Below the pieces are notes generated by a model, which was given only the letters and a program-made list of their open reading frames with translations, searched no databases and was not told where the DNA came from. Below, piece after piece: positions 25,817 to 37,868 of a stretch of 64,000 bases of DNA; the stretch's first letter is position 1, and each line of letters starts with the position of its first letter. Position numbers and translations under genes: made by a program. Origin of the DNA: Vitrella brassicaformis CCMP3155 (lineage: Eukaryota > Protista > Chromerida); contig CDMY01000759.1 of NCBI GenBank assembly GCA_001179505.1, positions 203,488-267,487 of the forward strand, written 5' to 3'.

Positions 25817-28800
25817 ATGGCCAACACGATCGTGGATTTCGCCTCCCGCGTGTGGAAGCACCTGCTGAACCGCGGCTTTGACTTCTTCACGGCTCCCGAG
25901 CTGGAGCACAACGTGGCCTGGCTGGTGCAGAAGGCGCTGGACGCCGCCACCCTGGTGCAGGAGTCGGGGTGGCAGTGGCAGACCATCACACTCACTCTCG
26001 TGACGCTCGTCGTCGTGAGCATCCTCTTTGCTCTGGTCTTCTGGCGGCACCGGGCGCTGTACTATAACCAGTTCTGGGGACTTGCCAGGGCCGTCCATCA
26101 GTGGAAGTAAATAGTACGCACACACACACACACACCCCTGCTCACATAGAGGGAGAATCGGTGTGTGTGACTGTCTGGCGCCTTGTTGGTTGTGTTGTGT
26201 CATGGTCCTTCCTTGCTGCAGCGTGTTCTCAACGTCGTCTCAGCCCAAGTACTGCAATGTTTGCCGCCGGCTGATCAGCGGCTTCTGGATCTTCCGCAAC
26301 ACCGGCTGGGAGTGCCAAGTCTGCGGACGGTGCGCACACCACAACTGCATCGCTGGTACACACGCACACACAACCACGTGGGGGCACACTCAACCCAGCC
26401 GCCCACCCCAGCCATGCACTCACTGCATTGTGTCTGTCTGTTCTGTAGACTGCGAGAAGTTCCACTGCAAGACGCCCTGTCTGCACACGCCTCTCCGCCA
26501 CGTGTGGGTGGAGGGCAACCTCGCCACCGACAGCGTCTGTGCCGTGTGCGGCATCATCTGCTCGTCGAGCTTTGCGCTGAGGGGCCTGCGGTGCCTGTGG
26601 TGCAACAGGACCATTCACGAGGAGTGCAAGGGACAGGCCGACGAGTACTGTGACCTCGGGAGGTTCTGGCGCATCATGCTGCCCCCAAATGCCGTCCGCT
26701 TGGCGCCCAGTACGAGCAGCAGTGCCAGGATGTCTGGGGCGCTCGAGAGCTCGTCAAAGTGAGCTGAGCTTTGCCTTTGAACCTTCAGGCAGACACACAC
26801 ACTTACACACGCACACGTGGGGCGTATACAGAGGATGGATCATGCAGAATGGCTGGCTGACGTGTGTGTCGTGTGTGTTATGTGTAGGTATATGGAGAAG
26901 ATGGGGACGCAGCTGAAGGAGAGCCTGAAGGAGGTGCAGGAGGCCATGAGCACCGGGCTCAAGGAAGGCATCAAAGAGGTGTGTACTTTCTCCGTGCAGA
27001 CGGACAGAGGGAGGGAGGGAAGGGGAGTGAAACACCACACCCACAACCGTGTGTGTGTGTGCATTCATTTGTGTGTGCAATCAGGTGTCCCAGGGGATGA
27101 AGCGCATCAACGAGGCCATCAGGAAGCGGTTCAAGCGGAAGCAGAAGAAAGGCCGAATACGAGACGGCAACAACCAGAACGTCCCCACACCGCCATCCGG
27201 GTGGGTAGTGAGCACACTTACACACACATCCAGGCCAGGTGTCTATTCTATGCGATGTCCAATCCACCTCTCTCGTGTGTCCATGTGATGTGTGTTGATT
27301 TGATCTCCCTGTGGCCCCACAGTGACAGCCCCCTGATGCCGACCGCCGAGAGCGGCGACTCCTCCCCCACCAGCAGCACCATCAGACAGAGATCTCAGTC
27401 CATTCCCTCTGGGTGGATACTGTCCACACCCACAATGCACCGTACCCGCCATCCACACACACTCACTCATGTGTGTGTGTCATTATCCGTCAGCATGCCG
27501 TCCGATGACGACCCCTCGCGCATCGCCAGGCGGCCCTCGAGCGACGCTGCCGCGCTCATCACCGACTCCACAGCCACTGGAGCGTCGCGCCCACGAGCCG
27601 CCACAACCAACAGCACCGAAAGAGGCGGCGGCGGCAAAGGTACCTGACCTGAATGCCCACGATGAGCACGGGAAGGCCAGATAGAAGTGTGTGTGTGCAG
27701 GTGGTGGTCGGCCGTCGTCCGTGTTGAAGGGCACCCCCAGCCGGCCGGCAGAGGGGTCGGGTGCCGTGGGCTGGTTCGCTCAAGGGAAGAGCGGGGCGCC
27801 CAGGGAAAGAGACAAAGACAGACAGAGGGAGGACCACGACGTCGAGACCACCACTGGTAGGTACCCACACACCCACTCGCCCAGACACCCATCCCTCTCT
27901 CTCTCTCTCTCTGCCCGTGTCTGTCTGTTTCTCTGTGTGCCCACCACCAGGTCACTCCAACAGCTCTGGCAGCCCAGCATGGAGCACAGAGGAGCCGAGG
28001 GAGGCCACGTCGGCCACACAGCCACACCCGGCACAGCAGCACCGGCCCCCACCGGTGAGCATCAGCAGTGGGGCTGGGCAGCCCGACCAAGAGCAGCGTG
28101 GCAAGGGCTCGAGCGAGCCGACGACACCTTCTGTGCCTCCATCACAGACGCAGCAACGAGGTGCGCACTCGGTGGTGTGTGTCTGTCTGTCTGCAGCACA
28201 TGTGTGTGCGTGTGTACAGCTTCGTGTATGTGTGTGTGTGTGTGCGGTTAGCTGCGGGTGCGTCCGAGCCTGTGTCGGCATCGTCAAGCAGTGTAGAGAC
28301 CAAGAAGAAGAAACAAAAGATGATCGAGCTCGCCAAGAGCCTACCGGTGAGTCAGTCAGTCAGTGAGGCAATGCGGTGTTTTGTTTTTTTGTCTGTTGAT
28401 GGGATGGCTCTGTGTGTGTGTGTGTCTGTCGGTCAGGCCAAGGCCAACGTGTGGGAGATCGACGCGAGCGCCGTGCCGCCCTCTGTCACACCTGTGCTCG
28501 TGTTTGTCAACGCGAAAAGGTCAACACACACACACACACTTACACACAGAGCAATCAGACAGATAGCCATGTGTGCGTGCGTGTGTGTGTGTGTGCGCAT
28601 GCAGTGGTGGCCAGCTGGGCGCGTCGCTGCTCAGCGAATTTTTCCGGCTCCTCAACCCAGTCCAGGTAGCTACACACACACACGCACACCCTTGCACACT
28701 GTGCATGTGTGTGTTTGGCTGTCGGTGTGTCTGTCTCTCTCTCGGTGTGGATGGCTGCGGTGCAGGTGGTCGACATCCAGGCGGAGCGCGGCCCGCAGCG

Positions 28801-30531
28801 GGCACTGCTGCAGTTCAAGCCGCTGGCCGACGCCAACCAGCTCAAGATCATTGTCTGTGGGTACGTCGGTCGGGACACAGGCGTCAAAGTGTGCTTGTGT
28901 GCATGTGTGTATGTGTGTATGTGTGTATGTGTGTGTGGGGGGGTGCCTTGAGCGATGCAGTGGTGACGGGACGATTGGCTGGGTGATGGACGAGATGCTC
29001 AAGCTCTACGGCAACTCGCCCGAGAGGCACGTCCCCGTCGCGGTGCTGCCTCTGGTATGGTTGGCAGACGCTCATCATGCACAGTCTGACACACACGCTC
29101 ATACTCATGTGTGTGTGTTTGTGTGTGTGGGGGGGGGNNNNNNNNNNNNNNNNNNNNNNNNNNNNNNNNNNNNNNNNNNNNNNNNNNNNNNNNNNNNNNN
29201 NNNNNNNNNNNNNNNNNNNNNNNNNNNNNNNNNNNNNNNNNNNNNNNNNNNNNNNNNNNNNNNNNNNNNNNNNNNNNNNNNNNNNNNNNNNNNNNNNNNN
29301 NNNNNNNNNNNNNNNNNNNNNNNNNNNNNNNNNNNNNNNNNNNNNNNNNNNNNNNNNNNNNNNNNNNNNNNNNNNNNNNNNNNNNNNNNNNNNNNNNNNN
29401 NNNNNNNNNNNNNNNNNNNNNNNNNNNNNNNNNNNNNGGGGGTGGATATCTGTTTGTTGCCCTGCGCAGGGCACTGGCAACGACCTGGCGCGTGTGTTGG
29501 GCTGGGGGGCCTCGTTTGACGGCGACATCGAGAAGATGCTCGAGAAAGTCCTGACGTCGCGGCTCACAGTGCTCGACAGATGGGAGGTCACCGGTGCGCG
29601 TTCATCGACACAGATACACACGCTGCGGCGGTGTGTTGGTTCGTATGCACGTTGTTGATGTGTGGCTGTGGGTGTGGGTGTGGTTGTGCAGCGTATGACG
29701 ACAAGGAGCGTGAGCTGTTCTCGACGACGTTCAACAACTACATGGACGTTGGCATCGCCGCAAGAGTCGCCCTCAAGTTCCACCAACTCAGAGAGGGACA
29801 CCCGAACCTTTTCCAAACACGGGTACGTCACGCCCATCCCACATATCCCCCTCGCACACACGTGTTCCTCCGTCCGTCATCAGTTCGGCAACAAGCTGAT
29901 CTACGCGCAAGTGGGTTTCCAGGACGTGTTCATCGACAAGCTGGTGGACCTGCGGTCGGTCAAGATCGTGTGCGACGGGGAGGAGGTCATCTTCCCCGAG
30001 GCCCACCTGGAGGGCATCATCCTCGTCAACATCCCTTTCTTCGCCGGCGGCGTCCCCATGTGGCGAACCACACAGTCGCCCACCGACACACACGGACCTC
30101 CCGGCCCTGAACACCTCACAGGTACGTACGGTGGTCCCCTCTCTCTCTCCCATCCCATGATGTGTGTGTGGATGGATGGATGGATGGATGGGTGCAGGGA
30201 TGGGCCGCCGGTCTGTGTCGTGGTCGTCGGGTCTTGCGCAGGCGGGGGGTGGCGAGCATGGCCTGGCGCACACGCAGCATGGCAGCGGTGCCGACGTCAT
30301 GGGCGGGTCGCGGCCGTCGCCCTTCCCCAATGCGCCCAGGGCGTCACAGCAGGGCTGGCAGAGTACGTCTGACAGAAAGATGGACAGACACACGGGGGGT
30401 GGTGCAGACACGTGTGTGTGTGTGTGTGTGTGTGCAGATGAGCGTGGTCTGCACGTGAGGCCCTCTGTGGTTGAGGAAGAGTCCGACATCGACTTTGACG
30501 ACGTACACACACACACATACGCACACATACG

Positions 30532-30571
<40 letters not shown>

Positions 30572-31642
30572 TGTATACCGACTGTCTGTATGTCTGTCTG
30601 TCTGTCCACCTGTGTCTCTCTTCCTTTGCGTGTGTGTGTCAGTATGGCGACAGCGACTCTGTCTTCCAATCCCACTCTCGGCGGGCGACCCACCTGGGCA
30701 ACCACCACCACCAGCACCCCCACCACCACCCCCACACACAGACGGCCTCCCACGCGTCAGATGACGCCTACGACGCCATGCTCACCCCGCCGCCCACATC
30801 CGTCCTCTCTCGGTGCGCAAACCGCCGGACGACAGACCATCATCAAGAGGCCCACGCGGCGGCCTCTCCCTCTCCCTCTCCCCTGCCCATGACAAGGGAA
30901 ACCAGCGACGGCCTCCCCAACCACAACAATCACCATCCACACACCCACCACCACCACCACCACTATATACAGGAGGGCGACAGCCACTGGTTCCAGGGGC
31001 GGCGGTGGCGCAACCAGTCGATGAAGGACCAGGTGATCGAGGTGGTGGCGCTGCGGAGCCTCGTCCACTTCTCCCAATGCCATGTGAGGGTCCACACACA
31101 CACACGCACACACACACACACACACATGCCCCCCCCGACCTAAGGATGCGCACGCACACGTGTGTGTGCAGGTTGGGATGAACGACCCCGTCAGAGTGTG
31201 CCAGGGCCGCGACATCAAGATCCACATACCCAGAGAGGTGGGGTACCGTACCACCCACACACCCCTTGATGACCACACGCATACTCCTGCGCCCATCACA
31301 CCAATGATTGCAATCACGATTTATCTATCAGATGGCGTTCCAAGTGGACGGCGAGCCCCGCATGGTGAAGGCGGGCGTGCTGCACATCAAACCCAAGTGC
31401 GAGTCCTTCATGCTCAGCCCCGCGGAGCCCCTCTCGCCCTCTCTCCAGGACTCATTCAAAGTCGTCAACCAGGTGCTCTCTTCCCCCTCCCCCATCCACC
31501 CTCCCACACACGACGATGGATCGGTGTGTGTGGTGTGTGTATGTCTGTGTGTGTGAAGGTGTTGGACTGGGCTGTGCACGAGAGCGTCATCTCCCACGGG
31601 CAGCGGAACACGCTGCTGAGGGAGTTCTCCAGGAAGATGTGA
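25817..31642 (+). CDS. DGK: Diacylglycerol kinase (N-terminal TM, two C1 domains, catalytic and accessory domains)
   Basis: C1 domains HQW..C..C...C..C...H..C and HVWVEGNL..C..C...C..C...H..C; VLVFVNAK|SGGQLG, CG|GDGTIGWV, LPL|GTGNDLARVLGWG, FNNYMDVGIAA, VNIPFFAGG, FQVDGEP; TGA 31640-31642. Confidence 0.93.
29138..29437. other. Assembly gap (300 N) inside a DGK intron, flanked by G runs
   Basis: N run; the exons on either side give contiguous VAVLPL|GTGNDL, so no coding sequence is missing. Confidence 0.99.
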
Positions 31643-32761
31643 CGGCACGTGATGTGACATCACGTGTACACACGTGATACAGACACACGGATGATATTCG
31701 GCTGCTGGTGGTGTTTGCTGTGGGAGAGGGTGCGGAGGGAGAAGAGGGAGGGTGGGTGAGGGAGGCATTTTCTGTCTAGCCATGCCATGCGATTCCATGC
31801 GATGATGCCTTTATGCCTCGCGCTCGCCGCTGCTGCTGCTGTTGGGTTGGGTGTGGTGTGTACTATCCATGTACAGCTAGCTGGACGGCCATGGCCTGCA
31901 GACGTGCGTGTATCTTATCGATTGGCGCGTGAGTGTGTGTGTGTGATGAGACAAACGCGTCGCTCATTCGTCCGTCCCTCCCTGTCTGTCTGTGTGTATT
32001 TGTTAGATGGAAGGAAAGACGGATTGATGGCTGGCTGGCTGGCTGGGATGGATGGATGGATGAGTGAATGCATGATTCATTGACTCACTCATTCAACGGC
32101 AGGCGGCAGAAAGGAAAGGAAGATGCACCCACCCTCCCTCCCGCCCGCCCATCTGTTCATCTGTTCATCACTCGAGCGTCGTCACGTCGGTCGGTGTCAG
32201 CACCCTAGTCCCTACTCATCTTACCTTACCTAGAGGATCAGCAGTACGTCTGGCCGTCCAACCCCCCTCAGCAGCATCACTCCATTACTCACGCAGGCAA
32301 CACGCAGGCAGGCAGAAACTAGCGAACGAGGCGAAAGGAAAGTCACGCAGGCAAGAATGCATGCATGTGGGTGCACGGAGATCCGGGGCCCGCCCCCAAA
32401 ATAATCGAGGTGGTGGCTAGGTGGCACCTCGTGTGTGTGTGTGTGTGTGTGTGTCTTCGCATCTCCCCCACCACCCACGCCACACCACCCCGGCGCAAGA
32501 GATGTCGATCCTCGAGCAGGGGCGGTGACGACGTGGAGACAAAATGCGAAAATACAACACGCGTGGTGGTTGTGGTCGCCTGGCTGGCTGGCTGGCTGGC
32601 TGACGGATGACTGTGCGTCTGCGCGTACCTCCCCTCCCCCCTCCCCTTAACCCTTCCCCCGGTCGGTTTTGCTTCCATTCCTTCTTCTTCGTAGTATATT
32701 TAATTTACACACCCGCTTCCTTCTGTGTGTGGTCGACCCCCTCCCCCCCTCCCCCCCCCCC

Positions 32762-33061
32762 NNNNNNNNNNNNNNNNNNNNNNNNNNNNNNNNNNNNNNN
32801 NNNNNNNNNNNNNNNNNNNNNNNNNNNNNNNNNNNNNNNNNNNNNNNNNNNNNNNNNNNNNNNNNNNNNNNNNNNNNNNNNNNNNNNNNNNNNNNNNNNN
32901 NNNNNNNNNNNNNNNNNNNNNNNNNNNNNNNNNNNNNNNNNNNNNNNNNNNNNNNNNNNNNNNNNNNNNNNNNNNNNNNNNNNNNNNNNNNNNNNNNNNN
33001 NNNNNNNNNNNNNNNNNNNNNNNNNNNNNNNNNNNNNNNNNNNNNNNNNNNNNNNNNNNNN
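32762..33061. other. Assembly gap (300 N) flanked by C runs
   Basis: N run between poly-C tracts in intergenic DNA. Confidence 0.99.
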
Positions 33062-34583
33062 CCCCCGTTGCCCTTTACTGGGACAGTTATGTGTGTGTGT
33101 ATGTATGTGTGTATGAGTGGAAAGGCAAGACAAGAATGTGTGTGTCTTAAGAAGACAGGGCAAAACAGCAACACAACAGCAACGAAACACAGAAAGCAAG
33201 AAAGCAGCAAGGCAAAGTTAGGGAGTGGGAGTTAGTGAGTGAGTTAGTTGGCTGCAGGCAGGTGAGGGGAAACATATCTGCTGCACACGCACGCACGCAC
33301 GCACGCACGCAGGGAGGGAGGTTAAGGTTCACTTCACGCAGCACCCATTGCATGCATTGTGTACGCGTGTACGCACATCACATGCACACCACCTACCAAT
33401 CTGTCCACTCCACGCACTCACACTCGAGCACCGGACTCACACCCGAGCAGAGCACCGGACCGGTATTAAGAGTAGTAGAGAAGTTTTCCCTCTATGTATG
33501 GGTGTACTGTGTGGGTGTGTGTGGCTGTGTTGTGGGTGGTTGGGTGGATGCACCAGGTAGCGTAGCGTGTGTGGGTGTTGTGTGGTGTGGGTGTGGTGTA
33601 TACGGTAGGTAGGCAGGTAGGCAGTGAGTGAGTAACGGCTATACAAGGGGCTGTCAACATGCATTGTATGTATTGTGTGTGTTGTTATGAATCAATCAAT
33701 CGTGCAGACATTAACTTGACAAAAAGCTGTCTGTCTGTCTGTCTGTCTGCCACCCAGCCAGTCAGCGATTGTCGTCCTACGTGCGCAGCGTAATAAAAAT
33801 CATCCACACCACACACTCCTGCCCTCCCCCACTCAGAAAGGCGCCCACATAAAGGCAAGTAGGTACTCTGTCGACAACTTGATTGACCTGTTCCCCCACC
33901 CATTCCCCCAGCCACCCATCCTTTCTCGGACACGACTAAGAGAAAATGGTGTCCTCTTCCTTCTGTGGTGGGTGGGGGGGGGAGGGGAGGGGCCTGCCTG
34001 CTTGTTTGTCGTCCTTTCCCTCCCTCTCTCTCTGTCTGTCAACTTTCAATTAGATAGACGGACGAGCGCACCTCTGTCTGTCTGACTTTCTGTCTGTCTC
34101 ACAGGCTACACACGCGAAAATCAAGGCACTTGCTGGACTGGACATGAACCCAAACTCATCCACCCCCCCACCCACCCCCACCGGTCACACCGGTCCCTTG
34201 AGGCAGCCAAACGAAAAGAGGGAGGCCTCTCCCTCACTCACTGATTCGTCCATTCCTTCGTTGCTTCATTGCTGCTGCGCTGCCAGCCGAAGCCGGCTAA
34301 ATGATCACAACCACAGCATGAGCACTCGCATCCATCAGGCAGGAAAGGGCAGGAAAGGGCAGGGCAGGGCAAGGCAGTCAGTCAGGCACCGAGACAAGCG
34401 TACGCAACGTTGTACGTACATAGCATACACACACAGAGAGAGAGAGAGATGTGGGAGGGAGGGCATCGGTCGGTCAGGATGGATGGATGGATGGCATGAC
34501 GCATCAATCAATCAATCAACCATGGCACGCAGCGCAGCACCCACAACACGAAGGAACAAGCCAGCCTCCAGCCTCCCTCGCGC

Positions 34584-36315
34584 TCATTTGTTCTTGTTGA
34601 GCTCAACGGACATCCTGACACACACCAAGACAGACAGACAGACAGACAGAGAGGGAGGTGTGTGTCGGTCCTCTTGTTGTTGCAACCCTTCACTGTATGT
34701 GTCTGTCTGTGGCGACCTGAGTATTTTGAGGCATGTGTAGAACTTGTCCCTTGAGTAGGTGTCCTTGAACCAAAAGTACAGCCGCGTCGCGCCCTCCTTG
34801 TCGACCTCTAGCCCTACCACCGCACACACACACACACACACGATAAGTGCGTTGACCACATGCAGCACAGACAACAAAGGCATCCGTCTGTCCCTACCGA
34901 CGGTGTGCAGCGCGACGTCTTCTGGCAGCGATGAGACCTTCTTGTACACGTCAGCACCTTTGAAGATCGAACCAATCTGCACACACACACATAGTGCCCG
35001 TGTCCCCTGGCCGCTGGTGCGTGCGCGCGTGTGTGTGTGTGTGGGGGGGGGGGGGGGNNNNNNNNNNNNNNNNNNNNNNNNNNNNNNNNNNNNNNNNNNN
35101 NNNNNNNNNNNNNNNNNNNNNNNNNNNNNNNNNNNNNNNNNNNNNNNNNNNNNNNNNNNNNNNNNNNNNNNNNNNNNNNNNNNNNNNNNNNNNNNNNNNN
35201 NNNNNNNNNNNNNNNNNNNNNNNNNNNNNNNNNNNNNNNNNNNNNNNNNNNNNNNNNNNNNNNNNNNNNNNNNNNNNNNNNNNNNNNNNNNNNNNNNNNN
35301 NNNNNNNNNNNNNNNNNNNNNNNNNNNNNNNNNNNNNNNNNNNNNNNNNNNNNNNNNGGGGGGGGGGGGGGGGCACTTACGTCCCTCATGAGATACTCGA
35401 CAGCGGACTCCTCATCGCCATCCATCGACGGGTTGAGCTTCAACTTCTGCACACACACAGTGGGTGGAACACAGAGTGGCGGACGCTCTCCGTGTGTGTG
35501 TGCGAAGAGGCGGACCGATAGGTAGCGGTCCATGTAGAGGTGCTGGGGGGTCTTCTCGCCTGTGTGGGGGTTGAGGAGGGTGCACTTCATGCCAGCCACG
35601 GCCTCCTTGGCGAAATCCTTGACCAACTTCTGCAGACGCGCCTTCTCCCTCTCCTACTCAAACACACCACAGACACAACAAAGCCAACAATACGACCACA
35701 CACATGATGTTTTTGTGCGTGTCTGTGTGGGTGGCGATACTTTCTCCTCTGGCGTCAGGGATGATGCTCTTGATGTGGTCGACCGTGCGCTGGCGGCTCG
35801 GCCCTCGGCCTCAGACTCAACACCCTCTGCACACACACACACACACACAGAGCCACACGACCACACACAGAGTTACACATATAGTAAACAGATCACACCC
35901 AGAGGTTGAGTGCGCGTGTGCGCACCGTCATTATGGCTCGAAAGCATACCCCGATTGGACACCGCCGACTGCCCGAGCGCACCCTCGCTGAAGTGAGAAG
36001 CTGACCAACCGACACACACACACACACATCGATGTTGTGTTGAGCGTTAACACACCCCCGCCCGCTCCCTCATTTGTGTCTGTCTGTCTCTAGTTTGGCG
36101 TGTGTGTCAGCCTCACTGGTGCCCTCCGGCAGGTTGCTCTGTCCATGTGGCTGTTGGCTGGCCTGCTGGCTCTCGATGAGGCGTTTCTTCATGAGCGCAT
36201 TGTTATTGAACTCGTCCGTGTGCAGCCCCACCGTGGGCAGCGCCGCCTTGAAGGGCTCCTCGTGGACGCCCCACGACTGCTCGCAGCAGCCGCAAAAAAT
36301 GTTGCGGAAGGCCAT
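34584..36315 (-). CDS. IMC sub-compartment protein (ISP family, PH-like fold), about 7 exons
   Basis: EEK|ARLQKLVKDFAKEAVAGMKCTLLNPHTGE...RLYFWFKDTYSRDKFYTCLKILR matches the apicomplexan ISP core; N-terminus MAFRNIFCGCC carries a Cys cluster. Confidence 0.85.
35058..35357. other. Assembly gap (300 N) inside an ISP intron, flanked by G runs
   Basis: N run; exons EYLMRD|IGSIFKG join in phase 0 across it. Confidence 0.99.
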
Positions 36316-36520
36316 CGACCCGGACGGTGCTGCCTCTTCTCCCTCTGCTCTCTCGCAGAGACGAACACAAAAGGGTGGGAAACCGATTTCCACCGGGCTG
36401 CTATCGGCCTGCCACAACTCCTCTATGCTGGCGACTCAGTTGCTTCGCTCTTGGCTCACGGCGTTAGAATGCCAAGCTCGCAAAGGAGGAAACGGGCGAA
36501 GGGGGAGGGAGGCAGGAACT

Positions 36521-36819
36521 TTCTGAAGACACACGCCCACACTGGTACATAAAGAAGGGATGAATCATCCCTCTTGCTCTGCCTGCAAATGCATTCTGCG
36601 TGTGTCTGTGTCCCTTGCTGTTGCGTCGTGCAGCCGTCGAAGGTCGGTGTCGGTGAGCCCTTCCTGACACGTCCTATCGACTTCAACAAACCAGGGCCCT
36701 TCAGACGGTGAGCCACAAAGCCGCCACCAACAATCAAGGAGGATGAAACCCGTTCATTCACTCATTCGTTTCTCTGTCTGTCTGCCTTCTGATGCAGTCT
36801 GTATCTGAAGAAGTACTAG
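36521..36819 (+). pseudogene. Inverted, diverged copy of the 3' end of the uS15m gene (exon end, intron, exon, intron, exon start)
   Basis: Reverse complement of about 43320-43622, including exon PSKVGVGEPFLT.PIDFNKPGPFR and both splice sites. It ends at a new TAG (36817-36819) where similarity stops. Confidence 0.85.
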
Positions 36820-36849
36820 CAGTCGTCTTCTCGCGAACTCCCTCCCGCC

Positions 36850-37740
36850 ATGGGAGCCTACTGCAGTTGCTGTCCCTCGGCGCCGACCATTGGCCCGTCG
36901 CGCGCCGTTGCTTCGCTTTTTGACGAGAGCGGAGAGCGTCCGTCCGCATGTGGACGCTTTACGGCTGTCCGCCTGTGCTCTGCCAAGCACCCCCACTTCG
37001 CTGCTGCCGCGGAGACGCTGGCTCGCGCCTTTTGCGGCAGCGAGAAGACCAACCCGGACCCAGCGACCGGCTGGGTATACAGCGGAACGTGTGATTCCCT
37101 GTTGGCTCCCCTTCCCGGCCCGCCGTCGGAGAAGCGTTTGCAGTGGTTCCGCTGGCTCACCAGGATGGCCATGCACTGGGCTCTGCAGAGAGGCGGTGCC
37201 TATGCGCTGCTGGACCGGGCGGAAGGAGTCGTCGTTGCCGTCACTCTTGTGAGTCCGCCGGGTGCGCCCTCGGTCGATGAGCTCGGGTTCTGTGGGGAGC
37301 TGGGTCTCATTTGCAAGGCCGGGCTTCCGCCGTTTTCGACGGATAGCGAGCGTACGGGAGCGGAGTTCGGCAGCTGTATGGATCGCATGCGGACATTGGA
37401 GACGACGCTGGTCAAGGCGCACAACGAACTAGAGGCTGAAGCGGCAGGGTCTGGCAAGAGCGGCGACCTTCACGTCGCCATGGTGGCCGCCGACCCACAG
37501 AGGCAGGGACAAGGCGTCGGCTCCGCTCTGCTCCAGCTCGTCTCGGATATCGCCGATGCCGATGCGGTGTCTGCGCACCTCGAGACGCTTGGAGAGCGCA
37601 ACGAAGGCTTTTATGCCAAGAAGGGGGGGTATCGGCTGGCAAAGAGGGTGGTCGTGCAGCATAAGAACTGTAGGCTGGATCTCGACGGCGGCATTGCGTT
37701 GATGGTGAGGCCGGCGAAGTGCCGAGCCGAGTCTAGCTAG
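36850..37740 (+). CDS. GNAT-family acetyltransferase, copy A, intronless, N-terminal MGAYCSCC
   Basis: Acetyl-CoA motif A VAADPQRQGQGVGSALL, motif B HLETLGERNEGFYAKKGGY, and HVAMV strand. Confidence 0.88.
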   Translation: MGAYCSCCPSAPTIGPSRAVASLFDESGERPSACGRFTAVRLCSAKHPHFAAAAETLARAFCGSEKTNPDPATGWVYSGTCDSLLAPLPGPPSEKRLQWFRWLTRMAMHWALQRGGAYALLDRAEGVVVAVTLVSPPGAPSVDELGFCGELGLICKAGLPPFSTDSERTGAEFGSCMDRMRTLETTLVKAHNELEAEAAGSGKSGDLHVAMVAADPQRQGQGVGSALLQLVSDIADADAVSAHLETLGERNEGFYAKKGGYRLAKRVVVQHKNCRLDLDGGIALMVRPAKCRAESS

Positions 37741-37774
37741 CTGCCATCCCATTACACTGCCGAGGGCGTCGACG

Positions 37775-37868
37775 GCAGGTCAGCCAATCTGAGTGATACA
37801 TCGTTGGTGGAGGCCAGGAATGCAGCCTCGCTCCAGCATTCATGAGTCACTCAGATTGGCTGACCTGC
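37775..37868. mobile_element. 94-bp element with perfect 22-bp terminal inverted repeats (MITE-like or RNA hairpin), copy A
   Basis: GCAGGTCAGCCAATCTGAGTGA (37775-37796) is the exact reverse complement of 37847-37868; ACG flanks both ends. Confidence 0.55.

Noticed and set aside
31800-34500. 2.7-kb gene-free region with several 60-200 aa ORFs
   Set aside because: Microsatellite-derived sequence with no coding-like composition or consistent splice chain; probably the 3' UTRs of DGK and ISP.
29130-35375. G/C runs flanking three gaps as functional G-quadruplex elements
   Set aside because: They lie in introns or intergenic DNA and most likely just caused sequencing dropout; true lengths are unknown.
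37775-37868. Hairpin as a SECIS element
   Set aside because: The GNAT has no in-frame TGA, and the stem is perfect without the UGA/GA kink quartet.
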